Source: an uncultured delta proteobacterium
Lineage (GTDB): Bacteria; Desulfobacterota; Binatia; UBA9968
Assembly (NCBI GenBank): GCA_963745835.1
Contig: CAVUZH010000018.1
Coordinates: 352,001-416,000 of the forward strand
DNA length: 64,000 nt
Direction: 5' to 3'
The translations under genes were made by a program, and so were the position numbers. Positions 33,065 to 42,556 of this stretch are shown piece after piece. Position 1 is the first letter of the stretch. Each line of letters starts with the position of its first letter. The notes under the pieces are model-generated. The model was not told where the DNA came from and made no database searches. It worked only from the letters and a program-made list of their open reading frames with translations.

Positions 33065-34952
33065 CTATGCTGATTCCAATTCGGAAACCGTCTTGAAGAC
33101 TGTTGGCGACATCACTGGCCGAGCCGAAATAAGCACCGGATCGAGCCGGGCCAGCAATTGTTGGATTTTCGGGATCTGAGCGAGCGCGGCCTGTTCGCCA
33201 ACTGCAAAAAGTTCCCTTGCGCGCATGAACTCCGACAGGTCGAAATCGACGACTTCGGGCTCGATCACCACCTCCGCCGGTTGGACGCCGATCGCGTTGA
33301 GGCTGACATTCTGCACTTCCAGGGTGCGGAGCAACGTTTGCAGGCTTGACGGAATTCGCATGCTGTAGCGTGGGTGTATCCGGCGTGTTGGCACCAAACT
33401 GCCTTGCGATCTTGGCTGTAACGCTCACGGCAATCACGAAGTTACAGCCCTGAGACGTAAGCACATCCGCGGGAATATTATTTATTATCCCGCCATCGAT
33501 CAGCGCCTGTCCGTTCCGGCAGATGGGGGCTGAGAGCATAGGCAAATTGATGCTTTCGAGAATCGCCTGCACGGCGTCTCCCCGGTCTCTGACTACCGCT
33601 TGCCCACTCACCAGATCGGCGGTAACGGTGAAACACGGCACCGCCAGTTGCTCCAACTTCCAGTCGTGCAGGTACTTTCGCAGCTTGGTATCGAACTGGC
33701 CGCTGCGGTAGTTGTACAAGAGGTACCAGTAGCCGCCGTTGGGAAGATGACGGAAGATCCACGGGGGTTTCAGATCGGCCCCGAAACGGCTGGTTAGATA
33801 GTCGCAATCCAGACCGGCGGAATACAGGACCCCGGTCATGGCCCCGACGCTCGTGCCCGCGATCATATCGGCGACGATGCCATTCTGATCGAGGGCGTTG
33901 AGCACACCGAGGTGCGCCATGCCGCGGGCAGCCCCGCCGCCCAGGGCGACGCCGATCCTGACGCCCCGCAGGAAATGGACTAGGCGCTCCATGCCAACGG
34001 AATGCACCTTGCCCCAGGGATGCGGAAGCGGCGATTCGCAGATTTTGAATTCCCGGCTCGCGAAGTCCTGGAATTCCGGCACCACGGGCGCCACGCTGCT
34101 GCCCTCTTCCAGCACCCATACGAGCGCGATCTTGTCGCGCCAGCCTTGTGACGCCAAGTCCAACGGGCGCAACCGCTCTATGGCTGAGCTGATCTCACGC
34201 GGCCGAATGAACCCCAAGACGCAATCGGCTGGCCTCAAGAGCACGTCCCAGTTCAGGTTCTGAGCAGCAGTGACATCGAGCACGATACGGCTGGCCTGGT
34301 TCCACTCAGCAATTTGTCCGCGAATCTCCTCCACCTTCATGAGCCGGTTGCCGTCCAACAGCGAACGGAACCTTACATTGGGTATCGACCGCCAGGAATC
34401 CGCGTCGCTGAGAACGGAGACCGCTTCGCCCAAACCTTGCAGGCGCCCGATGATCTGCTGAGCGAGGTTTCGCGTCGCCGGCGATTCGTGGAGCATCGCG
34501 AGCAACTTCGGCGCCCGCGCGGAAGCGGGCTCGAAGAACCGCCGCCGCAGGCTGCGGGCGTAGGTCTGTAACCACTGCCGGCGTAGTTCGGGGTTCAGGA
34601 GCATCAGCTCCATCGCCTTTTCGTAATCCAGGCTCAGGATCGTCGAGGGCTCCAGCGCGAAAATTCTGACGGGGATGGATTCGCCGAGGCCGCCGAACAT
34701 CATGCCGTACTGGTCGCCGCGCTCGAATATCTGAAAGAGATGCTCATCGCCGCGCGAGTCCACGCGCACGGCTTTTAGCCGACCGCGGAGTATGAAGCAG
34801 ATTGCCGTGAGCGGATCGTTGAGCTGGTGGATGACCGCAGCAGGTTCGTAGTTCGTAACGTCCGCCAAGCTGGCAATTTCCCCGAGTACAGCACCGCTGA
34901 TGCCGCGAAAGTAATCATGTGCCTTGAGCAGGTCAATGACATCCTCGTACAT
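33065..34952 (-). CDS. cNMP-binding domain + patatin-like phospholipase (NTE-like), frameshift at ~33365
   Basis: N-terminal cNMP domain; GGGAARG, GTSVG, DGG; C-terminus continues in ORF 33065-33397. Confidence 0.86.
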
Positions 34953-35187
34953 AGTGTTTGCTCTGTGCTGTTCTTGCGAACGAGATCCGAACCCTCCTGG
35001 CCGCCGTCGCGGCGGTCTTCACCCCTTTACAGCCTCAATGTTCTGAGCCAACCCCTCGACCAGGTTCACTGTCCCATTCCAAGCCGTATAAACTTACTTC
35101 TGGCGGAAGGCTTTGGTACATCAAGGCGATGCGATCAAGAACTCTGCGAGAGGAAGAACTATATCGCGGAAAGTATTTCCCTCATTA

Positions 35188-35386
35188 TCCTTCGAAAATT
35201 GCGGCTGAGGTGAAGAGATGCGACTCCCCAAGATCGTCACCCCCGAATGTTTTAATCGGGGGTCTAGTCCGAATTCCGCCTGGACATTCCCGCTAGAAGC
35301 ATGCGGGAATGACAGACTCGTCCAAGAATTAGCGGCTTGAAGGACGTACTCCATTTCATTCTCTGTAGGCGAGCGTAAGCTCATGA
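35188..35386. repeat. ~200-bp dispersed repeat copy A, containing a REP-like doublet
   Basis: Highly similar to 42022-42375; contains gtcacccccgaatgttttaatcgggggtc and attcccgctagaagcatgcgggaatgac hairpins. Confidence 0.85.
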
Positions 35387-35434
35387 ATCACTTCGTGGTC
35401 CAGTTCCTTGTAGCAAAAGAAGAGCTCCCCTGTG

Positions 35435-35454
35435 TATTGGACCAAAGACCAATA
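35435..35454 (+). promoter_or_regulatory. Palindromic regulator box 4 (TATTGGACCAAAGACCAATA)
   Basis: One mismatch to consensus; upstream of the porin-carbonic anhydrase genes. Confidence 0.74.
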
Positions 35455-35730
35455 TACAACCCGCTAGGCGTTGCGGGATAAGGCAATGATGGAAACTGCA
35501 AAATTCTGAAGATGGTCGTGACTTTGCCGTAGAGGAATCATGTTCACGAAGGAGGATTAACCCGCAATCGAGGAATCTGTGTTTCAGAAATAAAGACAAA
35601 ACGCAAAGGATTACACAGGAGCAAGCCCGAGATAAGAGACGGATTTGAAAACGGAACTCCGTTTCCTCTGTATTTCTGCTATCGGAAAGCGCCTGTATCT
35701 TCTAAAAAGCATCTGAGTTGAGCGCTCGAC

Positions 35731-37212
35731 GTGGAACAAAGTGGAGAGACACAAAGCGGCGGAATCAAAAAAATTCTGAAGCTTAAAGCCACGCTACTCA
35801 CGACCAGCCTTGTTTGTGTGCTGGTCATGCCTTTCAAAGGCGTGGCACAGAAAACCACCACGAGGGATGCTGCCGATGTCACGGCTGCCGATACCAAGAA
35901 GGACGAGTCACCGGCGCCGTCACCCAACTACTCGGGCGACTTCTGGAGCCGGTCGACCCTCAGCGGCGACTGGGGTGGACTGCGCAACGAGTTAGCGGCG
36001 CGAGGGGTGACCCTTGACATAAGCCTGACTCAGTCCGCGCAAGGGATCGTTCACGGCGGCAAAGACACCGGTTGGCAGTATAGCGGCGGGCGCGGCGATA
36101 TCATCCTCAATCTGGACACGCAGAAACTCGGCCTGTGGCCCGGCGGTTTTTTTAACCTCGAAGCCGAAGGCAATTTCATCCCGGCAGATAATTTACGAAA
36201 GTCGATCAACGGCAGAACCGGCGCGCTGATGTACGTCAACAACAGCCAGATATATCCGACAACCGCGGGCGACAACTTCAACCTACCTGCGATCAATTTT
36301 ACTCAAAACGTTTCACCCTACTTCGGTTTGACGATCGGCAAGTACGCCACCATCACCTCCACCTCTGGAGATATGAACGAGTTTGCTCATGGCAAAGGCG
36401 ACACTCAGTTCATGAATATGGCATTCAACGTAAATCCGGTTACCGCTTTGACCGTGCCCTATTCCACCTTGGGAATCGGCGTGATCGCGTGGCCGACGAA
36501 AGATCCTAAGCACTCGATATTGAGTTTTTATTTAATGTCATCGACCGGCAAAGCCAGCACCAGCGGCTTCGATGATCTGGACGACGATAATTTGACTTTT
36601 GCCGGTGAGGGGCAAGTGAGGACGGACTTTTTCGGTCTGACCGGACATCAGCTTTTCGGCGCGATCTTCTCGAACAGGAAATTTTCGTCGCTCGATCAAA
36701 ACGCGCGCTTCATCTTCGAGAACGGAGCTCTCGAGGGTAAGAAAGGCTCGTGGAACGTCTACTATAACTTCGATCAGTACGTCTATGAGCCTAAGAAAGG
36801 GTCCGGAGAAGGCATCGGAGTTTTTGGCCGCTTCGGCGCGTCGGACGGCAATCCCAACTTCATGCATTTTTTCTACAGCTTGGGGATCGGCGGCAAAGGG
36901 GTGATTCCCAACCGCGTAAGCGACCAGTACGGTTTTGGTTTTTACTACATCGATGTCAATAGCCCGACATTGGAAGGTTTGTTTCAGAGTATCAAATTGC
37001 TGCGCGACGAGTACGGGTTCGAGGCGTTTTACAATTTCGCCATAACCCCGTGGCTACAATTCACGCCTGACATTCAAGTTGTCCGAGGCGCGCAGAAGGA
37101 AAAGGTCACCATCGGCACCGGTCCCGGCCCCTTGGGAGTACCTTTCATCGCCAGCCGGAAAAGCATCGGTACCGCGACGGTCCTTGGACTGAGACTGAAA
37201 ATGGTGTTCTGA
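35731..37212 (+). CDS. OprB-family carbohydrate-selective porin
   Basis: L.GDWGG.R..LA..G, EAFYNF.ITPW...TPDIQ, C-terminal Phe; start uncertain. Confidence 0.86.
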   Translation: MEQSGETQSGGIKKILKLKATLLTTSLVCVLVMPFKGVAQKTTTRDAADVTAADTKKDESPAPSPNYSGDFWSRSTLSGDWGGLRNELAARGVTLDISLTQSAQGIVHGGKDTGWQYSGGRGDIILNLDTQKLGLWPGGFFNLEAEGNFIPADNLRKSINGRTGALMYVNNSQIYPTTAGDNFNLPAINFTQNVSPYFGLTIGKYATITSTSGDMNEFAHGKGDTQFMNMAFNVNPVTALTVPYSTLGIGVIAWPTKDPKHSILSFYLMSSTGKASTSGFDDLDDDNLTFAGEGQVRTDFFGLTGHQLFGAIFSNRKFSSLDQNARFIFENGALEGKKGSWNVYYNFDQYVYEPKKGSGEGIGVFGRFGASDGNPNFMHFFYSLGIGGKGVIPNRVSDQYGFGFYYIDVNSPTLEGLFQSIKLLRDEYGFEAFYNFAITPWLQFTPDIQVVRGAQKEKVTIGTGPGPLGVPFIASRKSIGTATVLGLRLKMVF

Positions 37213-37300
37213 AGAGGCGGAGGGCAGAGTAACGAGGCACGGGTAGCCAAAATACTTTCCTATCCCAAACCCAATGCGGAGAATTAAGGAGGATAGCGCA

Positions 37301-38041
37301 ATGACGATTTTAAGATTGGCAGTCGCTATGATCACGGTATTGGCCACTGGGCCTACAGGCACGATCCTGGCGCAACACTGGGGGTACGAGGGCGAAGCGG
37401 GCCCGCAGAACTGGGGCAAGCTCGACGTGAAATTTGCAGCATGTACGAGCGGCAGGAATCAATCGCCGATCGATCTCAAGGGATTTGTTCAAGCCGATAT
37501 GAAGCCGCTCAAGCTCGATTATAAAGCCAATGCCGCTGATATCGTCAATAATGGGCACACGGTGCAGATCAACTACACTTCAGGAAGCATCCTTTCCGTG
37601 GACGGCATTTCATTTGAACTCAAGCAGTTCCATTTTCATTCGCCGAGTGAAAACAAGATCAATGGTAAGCAGTTTCCGCTGGAAAGCCACCTAGTCCACG
37701 CCGACAAGGACGGCAATCTCGCCGTGGTAGCAGTGATGTTTCAGGAAGGCGCTGCGAACACACTGCTCGGAAAACTCTGGGAGAAAATGCCGAACAAAGT
37801 CGGCGAGAAGAGCGAGCTTCCAACTGGGCTGAGTGTGTCCCAACTGCTACCCAAGGAACGCGATTATTATCGCTTCAACGGATCGCTCACTACGCCGCCG
37901 TGCAGTGAAGGCGTACGCTGGTTCGTCATAAAGAAGCCAGTTACGGCGTCCAACGCGCAGATCCAGCAGTTTTCCAAGGCGATCGGGTTCGCCAACAATC
38001 GCCCGATTCAGTCGACAAACGCGCGCTTTGTCCTACAATAG
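37301..38041 (+). CDS. cah: Periplasmic alpha-class carbonic anhydrase
   Basis: HWGYEG, QSPID, NNGHTVQ, QFHFHSPSE, ESHLVH, GSLTTPPCSEGV.W, NNRPIQ. Confidence 0.93.
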   Translation: MTILRLAVAMITVLATGPTGTILAQHWGYEGEAGPQNWGKLDVKFAACTSGRNQSPIDLKGFVQADMKPLKLDYKANAADIVNNGHTVQINYTSGSILSVDGISFELKQFHFHSPSENKINGKQFPLESHLVHADKDGNLAVVAVMFQEGAANTLLGKLWEKMPNKVGEKSELPTGLSVSQLLPKERDYYRFNGSLTTPPCSEGVRWFVIKKPVTASNAQIQQFSKAIGFANNRPIQSTNARFVLQ

Positions 38042-38264
38042 AGGAGCGCGCGATGCGCTCTGAGCACTGCGATTGCGCAGAGAAGAAGGGGAAAAAAGTG
38101 TGATCAAGACGATGACTAAGCTTCTCGTTCGCATCTTGCTTGGGATCATCATAGCCGGGATGACGGCTTGGGCGGCCTGGGCGATTTATCAATCGCCGCT
38201 GTAGCGTAAGAAATTTCGATTATCGACAATATCATCGCCCATGGGGACGAAGGGGGTGATCGAA

Positions 38265-39831
38265 ATGGCAAAACGACTAAGAATCTGTCTCATCAATCCC
38301 AAGTTTGAACCGTCCTATTGGGGATTTGAATATGCGTTACCGCTTTACCCCGGCAAAAAAAAATCTTCGATGATCACCGGAGCGCTGCCCTATCTCGCCG
38401 GGCTGATTCCGGATCACGATGTGCGGTTGCTTGACGAAAATGTCGAAGAGATTCGGTGGCAGGAGCTTGGGAATTTCGACATTGTCGGCGTGACCGGTAT
38501 GAACGTGCAAAAGGAACGGATGCGGCAGATTCTCGAAAAGCTACGGCCCATGAACGTTCTCACCGTCGTTGGCGGGGCCTACGCATCGGTGGATGAACTC
38601 TTTTTCGACGGCTGGTGCAACGTTCTTTTCTCCGGCGAGGCCGATGAGACTTGGCCCGAATTTGTCCGTTGCGTCGCTGCAGGAAAGCCGTACGATGCGA
38701 TGTACAAACAACAGCATCCAACCGACATGACCCGTGTCGCCAAGCCGCGCTTCGATCTGCTCAAGGTCGAGCGTTACGCTTCAGGCGCGCTTCAGTTTTC
38801 GCGCGGCTGTCCGTTTCAGTGTGAATTTTGCGACATCATCGTTACGTTTGGGCGCCGCCCCAGAACCAAAAATCCACAGCAAGTTTTGGAAGAACTGGAC
38901 GAGATGCGCCGGGTCGGTTTTTTCTCCTGCTTTATTGTCGACGACAATTTCATCGGCAATAAGAAAGCCGCCAAAGAGCTGCTTCGACTGATCGTCCCTT
39001 GGCAAAAGAAACATGGCTATCCGTTGCGTCTGACCACCGAAGCGAGCATCAACCTGGCGGACGATGCCGAGCTGCTGGAACTTCTGTACCAGGCCAATTT
39101 TCGCTCGGTATTTATCGGGATCGAGACTCCCAGGGCGGCGTCCCTCAAGGAGACCAAGAAATTTCAGAACATCCGTGGGCGACTCCCTCGAAGCAAAGCT
39201 CGCCAGGATCCGCAACGCGGGGTTGGAGGTTAACGCGGGGTTTATCGTTGGCTTTGACAACGACGACAAGACGATCTTCGCGGATCAGTATCGGTTCATT
39301 CAGGACAACGGCATTCTTCTAGCCATGGTTGGAATGCTCACAGCGGTGCCGAAGACTCCCCTTTATGAACGGCTGAAACAGGACGGTCGTCTTAGGTTGG
39401 ACGACCTCAACTGTAACATCGTGCCGAAGCAGATGACCCCGTCTGAGCTGCAGCAAGGATATTGGGAACTACTCAAACGGTTATACGATCCTCAAGCCTT
39501 CTTTGACCGGTATTTCAAAATTAATGATTACCCTGGTTTCAAGCAGCGGCGTGCGGAGATCAGTGAGCGGGCCAATGAAGGCAAGGCGCTGCCGACGCTC
39601 GTATATGGCCTGCTGCTGCTTCGGAGTTTGGCGCTAGCTCTGTTTAGAGATGGCAGCTTGATGACGATCGGGGCTGTCTACCTGAAAAATTTTTTCCAGC
39701 GAAGTCTTCGGACGCGAGCCGATATTGTTGGCTTTGCGCAGTTTATGAACCGTTGCGTGACCCATTGGCATTTCTACAAGTTTACTGCCGAGGGAACCGC
39801 CGGCAAGCTGCGGCTGTTCAACTCGGGCTGA
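38265..39831 (+). CDS. B12-binding radical SAM protein (DUF4070/HpnP-related class B methyltransferase-like), frameshift at ~39178
   Basis: CPFQCEFC cluster motif, DDNFIGN, FIGIETP, GFIVGFDND; extra G in GGG 39177-79. Confidence 0.85.
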
Positions 39832-39879
39832 CAAGCTGTTTGCCCAGCGTACGCAATCCCCAAGAGTTGGACCATCACG

Positions 39880-40878
39880 ATGAGAATCGCATTAAGGTTA
39901 TTCGTTGGCGTAGTGATTGGCGCGATAACTTTATGGGGCATCGGCGCGTTATATTTCTCACCGCTTTTGCCTAATGAATGGCGAGCAATCGGAGCGGGCG
40001 TGTACGCGCTGCTGACGATTCTGCTTTTTCTCTTTCTGCCCCGCCGCGGAAGAACCGCCGCCATGGCCATATTTGTCTTCGCGATTCTGGTTGTTTTGTT
40101 CTTGCGGATCCCCGCGTCGAATGATCGCGACTGGCAGCCGGACGTGGCCGTGACGCCTTATGCTAACATCAACGGTGATCTCGTTACGATTCACGGCGTG
40201 CGAAATTTCGACTATCGCAGCGAGACCGATTTTACGCCGCGTTGGGAAACGCGAACGTACGATCTTCGCAAACTCGACTCAGCGAATATCATCGCGGTTT
40301 ACTGGGCAGGTAAGGCAATTGCGCACATCATGGTCAGCTTCGGATTTGAAGGTAAGGACTACCTCGCCGTGTCCATCGAGACGCGCAAAGAGAAAGGCGA
40401 GAGTTATTCGACCCTCGCCGGTTTTTTTCGACAGTACGAGCTGTACTATGTGGTTGCCGATGAACGCGACGTGATTGGCGTGCGCACGACTTATCGCCAG
40501 CCGCAAGAGGACGTGTATGTTTACGGCGTCAACGGCAACCTTGAAAACATGCGACGGTTCTTTCTCGATTACGTAAAGGCGATTAACGATTTGCACCACA
40601 ATCCGACCTACTACAATACGTTGACGACCAACTGCACGACCAGCATTCTCATGCACGCGCGGATCAACCCGGAATCGCCACCCATGTCCTGGAAGATCCT
40701 GCTCAGCGGCTACGTTCCCGACTATCTTTACGAGCTGGGCCGGCTCGACACGACGAAAACCTTCCCAGAGTTAGAAAAGCTGTCGCACGTCAACGCGCGC
40801 GCTCACGCCGCCGACAAAGACCCGGCGTTTTCGCAGCGCATCAGGGAAGGGCTGCCAAAGCCAGCGCGATTGCGATGA
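39880..40878 (+). CDS. DUF4105 (Lnb N-terminal-like) membrane protein
   Basis: 3 TM, SNDRDWQPD, AHIMVSFGF, YNTLTTNCTT. Confidence 0.86.
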   Translation: MRIALRLFVGVVIGAITLWGIGALYFSPLLPNEWRAIGAGVYALLTILLFLFLPRRGRTAAMAIFVFAILVVLFLRIPASNDRDWQPDVAVTPYANINGDLVTIHGVRNFDYRSETDFTPRWETRTYDLRKLDSANIIAVYWAGKAIAHIMVSFGFEGKDYLAVSIETRKEKGESYSTLAGFFRQYELYYVVADERDVIGVRTTYRQPQEDVYVYGVNGNLENMRRFFLDYVKAINDLHHNPTYYNTLTTNCTTSILMHARINPESPPMSWKILLSGYVPDYLYELGRLDTTKTFPELEKLSHVNARAHAADKDPAFSQRIREGLPKPARLR

Positions 40879-41051
40879 AGAGTTCACTCTCGTTATTCAG
40901 AGATCGCGTTCTGAACAGCGGCGGATTCTTCGTGAGCATCTAGAGTTGAAATAGGTTCCAGTCTTGTCAATTCCGCGCTCTGGGCCAAGGCTCCCGAACT
41001 AAAGTACAACGTGCGGAACTGATTGCAGGACACATAAAGCTGGAGAATGTT

Positions 41052-41930
41052 ATGGTGAGCCTAACGTCTACGATTGAGAAACAACTGAATCGAAATTTTG
41101 TCATTTTCCACCCGTCGGATTTTTCTTCGACTAGCGAAGTTGCCTTTGGTCATGCGCTAAAAATCGCAATGCAGTCAAAGGCGAAGCTCGACATCATGCA
41201 TGTGGAGCCACGCGTTGGCCCGGAGAAGCGCTATGGGCTCGATTTCCCAGCTGTGCGAGCTACCCTGACTCGATGGGGTATCTTGCCTGAGGGTGTTCGG
41301 CCGTCAGAGGTCGCTAAGGCAGGGGTCCGAATACGAAAGATTCTAGCCTCTAGCACCGATCCGGTCGAAACCATGCTGCGGCATTTTGCCAAATTTCCAC
41401 CGGATTTAATCGTTCTGGCTACCCACCAGAGGGCAGGCATTGAACGCTGGTTGCACAAAGCAGTTGCAGAACCGCTCGCACGCCGGTCAGGAGCGATGAC
41501 GCTTTTTGTTCCGCGCAAAGGCAGAGGCTTTGTTTCGCTCAAAGACGGTTCGCTTGCACTGAAAAAAATTCTTATCCCTGTAGATCACGATCCCGATCCC
41601 CAAGTGGCTCTTGACAAGGCTTTGCTTCTGGTCCGAGGGCTTGATTGTCTCGTGGGAAAATTTTTATTGATTCATGTGGGATCGCGCTCCCGCAGAGCCG
41701 CACCCCAGGTTCATCTGCCCCCTGGGTCCGGATGGTTATTTGAGATCGCGGTCAGACACGGTCATGTTGTAGACGAAATCCTAACGACCGAGCGTGCGTG
41801 GCATCCCGATCTCATGGTACTCGCGACACAGGGACATCGGGACTTTGTCGATGCGCTGCGCGGAAGCACAACAGAACAAGTCCTGCGCGGCGCCCAATGT
41901 CCAGTACTCGCGGTTCCGGCTGCGAAGTAA
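41052..41930 (+). CDS. Tandem-domain universal stress protein
   Basis: FHPSDFS, DLIVLATHQR, ILIPVD, DLMVLATQG...GSTTEQVLR.A.CPVL.VP. Confidence 0.88.
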   Translation: MVSLTSTIEKQLNRNFVIFHPSDFSSTSEVAFGHALKIAMQSKAKLDIMHVEPRVGPEKRYGLDFPAVRATLTRWGILPEGVRPSEVAKAGVRIRKILASSTDPVETMLRHFAKFPPDLIVLATHQRAGIERWLHKAVAEPLARRSGAMTLFVPRKGRGFVSLKDGSLALKKILIPVDHDPDPQVALDKALLLVRGLDCLVGKFLLIHVGSRSRRAAPQVHLPPGSGWLFEIAVRHGHVVDEILTTERAWHPDLMVLATQGHRDFVDALRGSTTEQVLRGAQCPVLAVPAAK

Positions 41931-42021
41931 TCCCGGTAGTTAGATAACGTGATGAAACGAACGATCAATAAAGCTGGCAGTTGCAATGTATGACCGAAAA
42001 CCGTAGCTAGGGCGGTGATAC

Positions 42022-42375
42022 TCCTTCGAAAAACGCGGGCTGAGGTGAAGACATGCGACTCCCCAAGATCGTCACCCGGGAATGTTTTAAATCGGGGGTC
42101 CAATCCGAATTCCCCCTGGATTCCCGCTAGAGGCATGTGGGAATGACCGACTCGGCCGAGAATTAGCGGCTTGAAGGACGTACTCCATTTTGATTCTCTG
42201 TGGGCGAGTGTTAGCAGGCTGTTGAAAAAGGCCCATCTGCTTCGTTGCGCTTCGATCGCCTCGCTCCAACGTATCAGTAAATACGCCTCCGCTCGTTGAT
42301 TTCTCGCGCGCCTCGCATCTGGACCTTTTTGAACAGCCTGGGATCAGGGTTTTTCAACAGCCTGTTAGCTCATGA
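42022..42375. repeat. ~200-bp dispersed repeat copy B, interrupted by a MITE
   Basis: Colinear with 35188-35386 except for the insertion 42215-42368. Confidence 0.85.
42215..42364. mobile_element. 150-bp MITE with 15-bp TIRs CAGGCTGTTGAAAAA and TTAG target duplication
   Basis: TTAG(42211-14) CAGGCTGTTGAAAAA...TTTTTCAACAGCCTG TTAG(42365-68); empty site in copy A. Confidence 0.88.
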
Positions 42376-42556
42376 CATACTCCGTGGCAAACTCCATCTC
42401 ATACTCGCCGAAGGTTCGCCAATCTGAGAAAAGTGAAAGACTCTCAAGATTGACAAAAACCCCATCTTGCGAAGTGCGAAGTAGACGGATACCATTTTGT
42501 CCGCTCCTAACCGCGGGTATGCATTCTGTGGCCGTTTGGTATCAGTATAGCTTCGA

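Noticed and set aside
12841-39179. Programmed ribosomal frameshifting in the split genes
   Set aside because: No slippery heptamers or stimulatory structures seen; these families are not known to use it; indel error is simpler
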